Assembly (NCBI GenBank): GCA_945871905.1
Contig: CAMBXL010000008.1
Location: 32,143-96,142 of the forward strand
Direction of reading: 5' to 3'
Source: Chitinophaga pinensis
GTDB taxonomy: Bacteria; Bacteroidota; Bacteroidia; NS11-12g; UBA955
Length of the DNA stretch: 64,000 nucleotides
This document shows positions 31,746 through 39,959 of the stretch, piece after piece; within the stretch, counting starts at the first letter, position 1; each line of letters opens with the position of its first letter. The position numbers and the translations under genes are program-made. A model generated the notes under the pieces. The model was given only the letters and a program-made list of their open reading frames with translations. It did no database searches and was not told the DNA's origin.

Positions 31746-32975
31746 ATGAAATTTATACAATCAATAATTCTCTTCTTTTTTATCTCTTATGTATTCACTG
31801 TTAATGCCCAATTCAATGAAGTTAATATCAACATGAGTAAGGGAATTCAAAGTGGTTTGAAACTAAAAGTAAGAAACTTAAATAAAGAAATTGCATTCCA
31901 AGGGGTTACTGAAATATTGTCTGATAAAAATTCTGCGCTTGTTCCTGTCTTTAACTCTGAGGAAGAGATATTTTTCACTAACTTGAGTTTACCTTTGGTA
32001 AGTAATTTAAAATGTGCTCTTTATGGTATTTTTTCAAATCAAGATTCTTCTTTTGTAATTTGTGTAGCGACTGAAGAAAAAATGATTAATTCCAATAATT
32101 CACTCAAAGAAATGATAGGCGTTCAATCGCTATGTTTGGAAGTAAAAAAACAAATTGAAAAAATCATTAAAGCTCAAAAGATTGATTCATTGAAACTCAA
32201 AATATCTCAATTGGAAATTCAATTCCAAAAAGTGTCTGATGATATTGATAAATTAAATAGAGTTGTAAAGATTGATAATAAAGACGCTGCAAAAGATGAA
32301 AAATCAGCAATTAAAACTAATGAACAGTCAAAATTAACGGTTTCTGAAATTGAACAAACTAAACTAAACATTGAAAGTCAACAAAAAGAAATCAATGATT
32401 TTCCAATTGATCAATTGGAAAATGAAAACAAATTCAAAAATGGCAATATTGCCTCGAGCCGAAAAATGATCAAAAAACTTGGCAAATCTAACCGTAAATT
32501 AAGCGATAAAATCATCAATGAACGAACAGAAATCGAAGTGAATAAACAATTGATTTTGAATGCGAAAGACAATGTTAATGAAATTAAAAAATTAAACAAA
32601 TCTCAGTTGAAACATGAAAGTAAAATTAATAAGTATCAATCGCAAATTGATTTTAACAAACAAAACATTCAATTGAAACGTGTTGAAATAAACAATGACA
32701 GTATTGTGGTAAGACGCAATGAAAAGAAAATGGACGATTTTGATATCAAAGGTCGTCAAAGAGAAGTAAACAAACTAATTAGCAAGCAACAAGACCTTGA
32801 AAAAAAGAATCAAAAACAAAAAACTAAAATTGAAACAACTTCGGCTGAAGCTGAATTGAAAAGAAAAGAAGCTGAAGCCGCTCTAGTTAAATCAAATGCT
32901 TTGCTCACCAAACAACTAAGTCTGAAAGAAGATATTGAACTACTTAAATCGGAATTAAGATTGCTCGAACGCTAG
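31746..32975 (+). CDS. Exported protein with long coiled-coil C-terminal region
   Basis: Signal peptide ending in VNAQ, then a globular segment followed by ~270 aa of K/E/Q/N-rich heptad-like sequence. Confidence 0.6.
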   Translation: MKFIQSIILFFFISYVFTVNAQFNEVNINMSKGIQSGLKLKVRNLNKEIAFQGVTEILSDKNSALVPVFNSEEEIFFTNLSLPLVSNLKCALYGIFSNQDSSFVICVATEEKMINSNNSLKEMIGVQSLCLEVKKQIEKIIKAQKIDSLKLKISQLEIQFQKVSDDIDKLNRVVKIDNKDAAKDEKSAIKTNEQSKLTVSEIEQTKLNIESQQKEINDFPIDQLENENKFKNGNIASSRKMIKKLGKSNRKLSDKIINERTEIEVNKQLILNAKDNVNEIKKLNKSQLKHESKINKYQSQIDFNKQNIQLKRVEINNDSIVVRRNEKKMDDFDIKGRQREVNKLISKQQDLEKKNQKQKTKIETTSAEAELKRKEAEAALVKSNALLTKQLSLKEDIELLKSELRLLER

Positions 32976-33748
32976 TTGACTCCCATTCCAAATAAGGCAA
33001 AATCATATTTTACAGGGTCTTTAGGGTCGAACTTCTTTAACTTTTCAGTTAGATAAACAGCATTTTCCCAACTGGTTTTTTCCTCTTTTAACAAGTTTAG
33101 TTTTAATGCCTGCCTGATAACGTGCACATCTAATGGACAAATCAATTGTGAGGGTTTTATTTGCTCCCATAGTCCAAAATCTATTCCCTTTTCATCCTTT
33201 CTAACCATCCATCTCAGAAACATGTTTAGTCGTTTACAAGCACTCCCACTGTCGGGGTAAGCGATGTGTTTTTTGGTCCGACTTACAAAATAAGGACTCA
33301 TTTCAAAACTTTTGCGAAATTGGTTTAGCCCATTTTTAACATTAGTGTCTTTGGGTTTTACCCCTCCCGAAAAAGCCTGTTCTAATCCACCATGGTTTAA
33401 ATACAAATCTTTTAAAAAACCAATAAGACTCAATAAGTCGGTGTCGTTAAATGTTCTGTGAACAAAGCCTAAACAGGCTTTTAAATCGATTTCTTGGTGT
33501 TGTGTGATAAATTGAAAAGGCTTATTCTCGAATATTTCAATCAATCGGTGTGCGTTTTTGATTATGGTTACCCTTTGTCCCCAAGAAAGGATACTTACCA
33601 AAAATCCCATTATTTCAATGTCTTCTTTTTGTGTAAATAAATGAGGAATAGAGAGAGGATCATTTGCTATAAATTCCGTTTGGTGATGTCGCTCATAGGC
33701 TTCATTGAGAATACTCTCTAAGGATTTAGAAGTCATTTTTGCTCCCAT
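32972..33748 (-). CDS. TIGR02757 / DUF2400 family protein
   Basis: FIANDP.SIPH, SACKRLNMFLRWMVR, CPLDVHV, DP.DPVKYDFALF. Confidence 0.9.
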   Translation of the reverse strand: MGAKMTSKSLESILNEAYERHHQTEFIANDPLSIPHLFTQKEDIEIMGFLVSILSWGQRVTIIKNAHRLIEIFENKPFQFITQHQEIDLKACLGFVHRTFNDTDLLSLIGFLKDLYLNHGGLEQAFSGGVKPKDTNVKNGLNQFRKSFEMSPYFVSRTKKHIAYPDSGSACKRLNMFLRWMVRKDEKGIDFGLWEQIKPSQLICPLDVHVIRQALKLNLLKEEKTSWENAVYLTEKLKKFDPKDPVKYDFALFGMGVN

Positions 33749-33749
33749 T

Positions 33750-35885
33750 TTATCTAATTAACCGAACGACTCCATTCACTTTTTTGGTAAACTTAGTTGC
33801 ACTATTGGTAAATTCATAAATGTAATAATAGGTGCCGTCTGAACATGGTCTTGAGATGTCATTATTAACACAACCATTCCAAAATTCTTGCTCAGGATAA
33901 GTAAATTCGTAAACAATTTCTCCCCATCTGTTGTAAATAAACCCTCTTAATTGGTCGAATCCAATCATTTTGACCTCAAAGAAATCATTGATTTCATCTC
34001 CTTGGGAATTTCCATTTAATAGTTTGAAAGGTGTAAACACATTGGGGATGATTAAATTATTTGAGTCGCAAGAAATAAAGGTCAATTGAAGTGTGTCTGA
34101 ATAAACACAATTGTTGGAATCCGTAACCCTTACCCAAACTTTTTGACTTGCATTAAGGGTCGTTTTATTTGATGTGGAACCGTTACTCCATAAATAAGTG
34201 GCTTTAGGTAAATTGCTAGGTTCAAAAGTGATTAACTTTCCTTTACAAATTAAACTGTCTTTGCCAAGTTCGAAATATGGTTTTTTGTAAATCTCGATGG
34301 TTTTAGAAATGGAATCCTGTTTGCATCCAGCATTGTTAGGGTATTGAATCGCCACTTTTAAATTAAAAGTACCAACCTTGTTGTATTGTTTGCTTACAGA
34401 ATCACCTACAGCGCTGCTACCATCGCCAAAACTCCAATTGAAAATGGCCAATGAGTCTGACTGGGCTTTGAATGTAAATTGGTATGAACTGTCACAGGAT
34501 GAGAGTTTATTGTCGCTAAATGTTAATTCTGTTTCATTGTTGACATAGTCGCTTGACAAGGCAGTGGCGTAACTTTCGTCTCTTCCCATTGCATAAATAT
34601 AAGCTTGAAATCCAGTTTTTGATTGTAAAAAATAGTTTAAACTTGGATTCATTGTCAATGTTCCAATCATTTTGCCGCATTTTTCGCTAAAACGAGAGGT
34701 ATCTATTCTGGCACTGTTTAAGGACAATTGCCACAATTTCCCTTTTTCTGCAACTATGCCCAAGTAAAACTCACTAGGGGTAGAAGAATTGTTTGAAATA
34801 TTGGAGGTGGTGGTGTAACTAAACCCAACTTGAGTGGTGGTTTGATTGTCGGGTAATAATGCCATCATACTTGGATTCCCTAAGCTGTTGGGATGGCCAT
34901 TGCATCCTCCGCTTCTCATCAGTTGTGTTACAGATATTTTTTTATTAGCCTGAATACAAACAGAATTATTTGCCGCTTCCCTAGATTTCAAAACTTCTCC
35001 TTCATTCAATATCGCCACAAGATTGCCGTCAACAATAATATTGGTGTTATTTTCTGTTGCCGTAACTTGGTAATTGTAACCATCTAAATTCCCTACAAAT
35101 GGAATGGTTGTGTAATTATTGCCAAGGTATTGAAGTGGAATGGTTTGGTTATATAAATGGTCGCACCCTCTGCATGAAGTGTTGTTATAATCGACGAAGG
35201 AACACATGGCACCTTCGAATACTGCAAACTTTTTACATCCCGACGTATTCCAAATTTTAGTGCCTGCAAAAGATTGACTGTCTTGTGCTTGCGCTCTGTA
35301 TAGTTGACCTTTATTTAAGGTAACCTGAAACAAGAGGTTTTTACTCAAACTGGTTTTAGAGTCAGCAGTTGGTAAAATATTGATTCTAACGCCGTCCTCT
35401 AACGCCACCACTGTAAATAAACTATTGTTAGAAAGGCCTATAGATTGGTCACCACGAATAGTATTGATATAATAAATGGGGTTATTAGGGATTTTTTCAG
35501 TTGGAATAATAGAACTCATGTCCGTGCTATTAAGTGCATTATTCATAGCCATTAAGGTAATAGGTTCCAAAGCGGTAATTAAAATACTTCGACTGGGATT
35601 AAACAAAGAGGCGAGGGGAGAGCCAGAACTTCTGAAATAGTTTATTTGAGTGTCTCTGCCCCATATATTGAAAGTTTCAGTATAAGTTGCACACGTTACA
35701 GTGACCCTGTTTTTAGGAGTTTTGGAATGAATGACAAAGGAGATTTTTTCGAAGGTAAAATAGTTGTCTAAAAAACAAAATCTAAATTCTTTGCCGTCAT
35801 TAAAAACATTAGTTTGAGCATTCAATGGATTTTGAACAAACCAAAAGCAAATTAATAAGCCAATAAGAAAGTATTTTTTACGCAA
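33750..35885 (-). CDS. T9SS type-B (CHU_C / gliding motility-associated C-terminal domain) protein with IgGFc-binding-like and PKD domains
   Basis: GKEFRFCF, DHLYNQTIP..YLG..Y, WSFGDG (PKD), IPNVFTP...GDEINDFF, IYNRWGEIVY. TTG start at 35885 is suggested by the TATATTTG element at 35902-35909. Confidence 0.8.
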   Translation of the reverse strand: MRKKYFLIGLLICFWFVQNPLNAQTNVFNDGKEFRFCFLDNYFTFEKISFVIHSKTPKNRVTVTCATYTETFNIWGRDTQINYFRSSGSPLASLFNPSRSILITALEPITLMAMNNALNSTDMSSIIPTEKIPNNPIYYINTIRGDQSIGLSNNSLFTVVALEDGVRINILPTADSKTSLSKNLLFQVTLNKGQLYRAQAQDSQSFAGTKIWNTSGCKKFAVFEGAMCSFVDYNNTSCRGCDHLYNQTIPLQYLGNNYTTIPFVGNLDGYNYQVTATENNTNIIVDGNLVAILNEGEVLKSREAANNSVCIQANKKISVTQLMRSGGCNGHPNSLGNPSMMALLPDNQTTTQVGFSYTTTSNISNNSSTPSEFYLGIVAEKGKLWQLSLNSARIDTSRFSEKCGKMIGTLTMNPSLNYFLQSKTGFQAYIYAMGRDESYATALSSDYVNNETELTFSDNKLSSCDSSYQFTFKAQSDSLAIFNWSFGDGSSAVGDSVSKQYNKVGTFNLKVAIQYPNNAGCKQDSISKTIEIYKKPYFELGKDSLICKGKLITFEPSNLPKATYLWSNGSTSNKTTLNASQKVWVRVTDSNNCVYSDTLQLTFISCDSNNLIIPNVFTPFKLLNGNSQGDEINDFFEVKMIGFDQLRGFIYNRWGEIVYEFTYPEQEFWNGCVNNDISRPCSDGTYYYIYEFTNSATKFTKKVNGVVRLIR

Positions 35886-36028
35886 GTTTTCAGAATTTGT
35901 GCAAATATAAGTTTGACTAAATAGTTTTATCTTATAATTTATTAACTTTGACGACAAATTAGAAGTAAAAGTTGTATTTAGTTTTTAATTTGCCACTTTA
36001 TTTAATATAAAACAATTAACCAATAAGA

Positions 36029-38887
36029 ATGAAAAAGATTTATTCAATGAGTATTGCCATCTTGTTTATGGCTACCAATTTTGTACACGCTCAGAGTACA
36101 GCCACTTTAGTAAAAAAAGTGGAAGCACAGCCCGGAAAGCTCGTTATTCCATACGAAAAATACCGTTTACCTAACGGTTTAACAGTTATTATTAACGAAG
36201 ATCACAGTGATCCAATCGTGCATGTTGAGGTAACTTACCACGTAGGTTCAAACAGAGAAACACCAAGAAGAACTGGATTTGCCCACTTTTTTGAACACAT
36301 GATGTTCCAAGGTTCACAAAACGTTGCAGACGAAGAGCATTTTAAAATAGTTCAAGGTTCGGGTGGAGACATGAACGGAACCACTAACCGTGATAGAACT
36401 AACTATTTTGAAACAGTTCCTAGCAATATGTTAGAAACGGCATTGTGGTTAGAGTCTGACAGAATGGGTTTTTTATTACCAGCCTTTACTAACAAGAAAT
36501 TTGAAACGCAAAGAGCTACGGTAAAAAATGAAAAAGACCAACGTTATGCCAATGGATACGGTATGTTGCCAGAAATTCAAGACCAAACCATTTACCCATA
36601 TGCTCACCCATACAGCTGGCAAACAATTGGTTATGTTGATGATTTAAACGCAGCCGATTCTAATGATTTGAAAAATTTCTTTTTGAAATGGTATGGTCCT
36701 AACAACGCTATTTTAGTGATTTCGGGAGATGTAAATACACAAGCAGCATTGCAAATGGTAGAAAAGTATTTTGGTTCTATCAGTAGAGGTGTTGATGTGC
36801 CTGCATTATCAAAAAAACCTGTTACTCTAGAAGAAGTAAAAATTAAAAATGTTGACAGTAAAGTGCAATTGCCACTTTCTAGTATTACTTACCCAACAGT
36901 GCCAACTTTCCACAATGATGAAGCTGCACTTGATATTTTAGCTAGTATTTTAAGTGATGGTAAAAACTCATATTTATACAAACAATTCGTTGACAACGGA
37001 AGTGCTTTACAAGCTTCATGTTCAAACAGTACTTATGAAGTTGCTGGTGAATTCAATTTCATGATTGTTACTTATCCTGCTATGATGGGAGGTTTAAGTG
37101 AAAAAGAAATGAGAGAAGAATTAGCGAGAGCTTTACTGGCTTTTGAAGCACAAGGTTTTTCAGACGAAGATTTAAAAAGAATCAAACAAACTTACACTTC
37201 AAGATATTTTGGTATTTTGGAAACAGTAGCATCAAAAGCAAGTGTATTAACCTCATACGAAATGTTATTGCCAACGCGTGATTTTACAATTCAAGATGAT
37301 ATTAACAGATACGAAAAAGTAACAAAAGCGGATATAATGAGAGTTTACAATCAATATATCAAAGGTAAAAACTACGCTTGTGTTAACATTATGCCTCATC
37401 CAGATTACGTAAACAATAGAAATGCTAAGATTAAACCTTACGAAAGTGAAAATCCTTATGCAACAGTATCTCCTGATAAAACAGCTTACCAAGGTTTAGT
37501 TTACAAACCAAATGTGGACGCACCAGGATTTGACCGTAGCAAAAAACCAGTAGTTGCACCAGCAAAACCAGCTATTGTTCCTGAGTTTTTCAAAAACAAA
37601 TTTGAAAATGGGTTACAAGTTGTAGGAACAAAAAGTTCAGAAACACCAAGAGTATACATCAACATGGACATTAAAGGTGGTCACTTGTTTGAAGTAGGTA
37701 AAGTGAAAAATGGTACTGCTGTTATGCTTGGTATGATGATGAATGAAGGAACTACTACCAAAACTGCATTGGATGTTGAGAATAAATTGAAAGAATTAGG
37801 TAGTGAAATAAACTTTAGCAGTAATGGAAATAACATGTCTGCTTATGTAGAATGTTATAAAGATAAAGTTTCTGAGACTATGCAAATTTTTGAAGACCTA
37901 TTCTTCAATCCTGCATTCAACGAAAAAGATTTTACTACCAACAGAAAAGCTTTGTTGCAATCTATGGAGAACAATGCTTACGATGAAAACTATTTTGCTA
38001 GTAAAAAATTCAATGAGATGTTATATGGTAATGACAATCCAATTGGCGTAATGGCATTGTCTGATTACAGCGTTGCTAGTAAAATTACAATTGCAGATTT
38101 GAAAAACTACCACTCTAATTTCATGTCGCCTAACTTAGCTTCAATTACTATTATTGGAGATATAGATGAAGCAACAGCTCTTCAAAACTTAGCGTTCTTG
38201 AAAAAATGGGAAAATAAAAAATTAGAAATCCCAACTTATAATAAATTCCCTGCTTTAACTGCTCCACAAATTTTATTGGTCAACCAAGATTACGCAAAAC
38301 AAACCAATATAACAATGGGTTACAGATCGATTCCTTCAGAGTTTTTTGGTGATTATTATAAAGCATCAATTATGAACTTTGCTTTTGGTGGAGCCTTTAA
38401 CAGCCGTTTGAACCTAAACATAAGAGAAGACAAAGGTTGGACTTATGGAATTCGTTCAGGTTTCCGTTCTCCAAGTATGGGTTATCCAAGTACATTTATT
38501 GTGAGTGCAGGTGTAAAAGCTTCTGCTACAGATAGCTCAATCATAGAGGTTTTAAAAGAAATGAAAAACTATGCTACGAATGGTATCACTGATGAAGAGT
38601 TAGATTTTACTAAAAAATCATTGTTAGGAAGTGATGCATTAAAATACGAAAGTCCAAGTGATAAATTAGGATTTTTGAGCACTATAGTTCAATACAATTT
38701 AGATAGAAACTACAATGCACAAAGAGCAGAAATAGTTAAAAACATTACAAAAGAAGAAATCAATGCATTAGCTAAAAAATTGTTAGCTTTAGATAATTTA
38801 GTCATCATGTGTGTAGGCGATGATTTGAAAATCAAAGAAGGCTTAGAAAAATTAGGCTACGGCAAAGTAAAAGTAATGAAAATGTAA
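36029..38887 (+). CDS. M16 family zinc protease (insulinase/PqqL-like), single-chain
   Basis: GFAHFFEHMMF (HxxEH), NGTTNRDRTNYFE, WYGPNNA, RLNLNIREDKGWTYG. Confidence 0.92.
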   Translation: MKKIYSMSIAILFMATNFVHAQSTATLVKKVEAQPGKLVIPYEKYRLPNGLTVIINEDHSDPIVHVEVTYHVGSNRETPRRTGFAHFFEHMMFQGSQNVADEEHFKIVQGSGGDMNGTTNRDRTNYFETVPSNMLETALWLESDRMGFLLPAFTNKKFETQRATVKNEKDQRYANGYGMLPEIQDQTIYPYAHPYSWQTIGYVDDLNAADSNDLKNFFLKWYGPNNAILVISGDVNTQAALQMVEKYFGSISRGVDVPALSKKPVTLEEVKIKNVDSKVQLPLSSITYPTVPTFHNDEAALDILASILSDGKNSYLYKQFVDNGSALQASCSNSTYEVAGEFNFMIVTYPAMMGGLSEKEMREELARALLAFEAQGFSDEDLKRIKQTYTSRYFGILETVASKASVLTSYEMLLPTRDFTIQDDINRYEKVTKADIMRVYNQYIKGKNYACVNIMPHPDYVNNRNAKIKPYESENPYATVSPDKTAYQGLVYKPNVDAPGFDRSKKPVVAPAKPAIVPEFFKNKFENGLQVVGTKSSETPRVYINMDIKGGHLFEVGKVKNGTAVMLGMMMNEGTTTKTALDVENKLKELGSEINFSSNGNNMSAYVECYKDKVSETMQIFEDLFFNPAFNEKDFTTNRKALLQSMENNAYDENYFASKKFNEMLYGNDNPIGVMALSDYSVASKITIADLKNYHSNFMSPNLASITIIGDIDEATALQNLAFLKKWENKKLEIPTYNKFPALTAPQILLVNQDYAKQTNITMGYRSIPSEFFGDYYKASIMNFAFGGAFNSRLNLNIREDKGWTYGIRSGFRSPSMGYPSTFIVSAGVKASATDSSIIEVLKEMKNYATNGITDEELDFTKKSLLGSDALKYESPSDKLGFLSTIVQYNLDRNYNAQRAEIVKNITKEEINALAKKLLALDNLVIMCVGDDLKIKEGLEKLGYGKVKVMKM

Positions 38888-38912
38888 GATCGTTTTATTT
38901 TGATTTAATTTT

Positions 38913-38945
38913 AAAAAACCGACATCAATTGATGTCGGTTTTTTT
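38913..38945 (+). terminator. Intrinsic terminator after the M16 peptidase
   Basis: AAAAAACCGACATC-AATT-GATGTCGGTTTTTTT. Confidence 0.85.
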
Positions 38946-39112
38946 GTTTAAAGGGTTTATGTAGTGAAGAGTGATTGTTTAGTTGTTGAGGTGTTTAGTT
39001 GTTTATTTGTTTAAAGGGTTGAAAAGGTTTAAAGGGTTTAAATGTTCCACGCCGATCAGTGTGATTGTTTATTTGTTTAGGTGTTTATTCGTTTGTTTGT
39101 TTAAAGGGTTTA
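38943..39112. repeat. 8-mer-periodic low-complexity direct repeats (two 50-nt units, 45/50 identical)
   Basis: Units at 38971-39020 and 39061-39110. TTTAAAGGGTT occurs four times. Confidence 0.8.
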
Positions 39113-39117
39113 ATTAT

Positions 39118-39277
39118 CACCCACTAGGCTGAGCCTAGCCACTTGAGTTATTCAGCTATGCTGAATAGTACCGAAGGGTGTCAAAAAGGTTAGATTGTCA
39201 TCGGTATAGACGCCATGCTTGGCGTCTGTTAATTAGAAATTCCAATAGTCATTATGGAAAATTTTGTCCTCAAAATT
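39118..39277. repeat. Stack of short palindromes (REP-like)
   Basis: CTAGGCT-G-AGCCTAG, TATTCAGC-TAT-GCTGAATA, AGACGCCA-TGCT-TGGCGTCT, AAATTTTG-TCCT-CAAAATTT. Confidence 0.7.
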
Positions 39278-39296
39278 TATTCAGAATCTATTAATG

Positions 39297-39324
39297 GCTG
39301 TCATACCGACAACGGAGGTATCTC
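39297..39324 (+). repeat. Element X, copy 1 (REP-like hairpin)
   Basis: GCTGTCATACCGACAACGGAGGTATCTC, 22/28 identical to the inverted copy at 39932-39959. Confidence 0.75.
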
Positions 39325-39475
39325 GGTTCTCATTGATAAGCTGCCTGATAAAGTTAATAGTTTCCTGAAGCCTCTGGAGGTTAATAGTTAATGGTTTTAA
39401 AATTCATAAATCAAAAATCCTTCTTAGGTTTCCAAAGGTGCCATTCAATGCGGTGGTTTTTGAGGGTGAACGAAA

Positions 39476-39610
39476 ACTGTGCGGAGGCGTCCACGAATGG
39501 CGCGAAATTTTAATTTGACAGCTTGGGGAGCTGGTGTGTGTGTTAAGGCAAATTGAAGTTTTTCATTCGTGGTGGGTTTTTTGCTTACTTTTTTCTCATA
39601 AAAAAGTAAG
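39476..39610 (+). repeat. Element Y, copy 1 (structured repeat / candidate ncRNA)
   Basis: CCACGAATG/CATTCGTGG stem, inner AAATTTTAATTTG/CAAATTGAAGTTT stem, terminal CTTACTTTTTT/AAAAAAGTAAG hairpin. Confidence 0.65.
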
Positions 39611-39710
39611 AAAGAGATTAAAAGTAAATGAAGATTTTATCGCAAAACCGTTAAAATTTGAGTTAAGGTTTTAACTCCGAATGAAATTTTATCTTAACTT
39701 TAAAATCTTT

Positions 39711-39850
39711 TTTCTTTTGATGTTAAAAGAAACAAAAACCACCACCCAATCAAAAATTCCGTTTTTGTGGCTGCAGGCTCGGCTGCCTATCCACAAAAGG
39801 GAATTTTCACGCATTGGCTGTTCCGAGGCTTCGGAACACAGCCGCACGGT
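39711..39850 (-). repeat. Element Y, copy 2 (inverted)
   Basis: Reverse complement shares ACYGTGCGG, AATG.CGYGAAA and TGGTGG-TTTTTG-TT(A/T)CTTTT...AAAAG with copy 1, with equivalent stems. Confidence 0.65.
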
Positions 39851-39931
39851 AACTTAAAAAAAGTTGGAATAAGGTATGAAAAAATGGAGTCGTTAAGAAG
39901 CTCTGGTTCATTTAATAAAAGCTGTCAGGAA

Positions 39932-39959
39932 GAGATGTCTCCTTTGTCAACATGACAGC
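39932..39959 (-). repeat. Element X, copy 2 (inverted)
   Basis: Reverse complement GCTGTCATGTTGACAAAGGAGACATCTC. Confidence 0.75.

Noticed and set aside
38971-39110. Mini-CRISPR reading of the two 50-nt repeats with a 40-nt spacer
   Set aside because: Only two units. The repeats are low-complexity 8-mer arrays, the spacer itself contains repeat motifs, and there is no cas gene or leader.
39479-39610. Group II intron (GTGCG at the 5' end of element Y)
   Set aside because: Far too short, with no domain V (AGC/CGC triad hairpin), no domain VI or AY end, and no RT ORF
39767-39955. 62-aa ORF MAAGSAAYPQKG...
   Set aside because: GTG start inside the Y hairpins, spans elements Y and X, and has no protein-like features. 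It is a by-product of locally higher GC.
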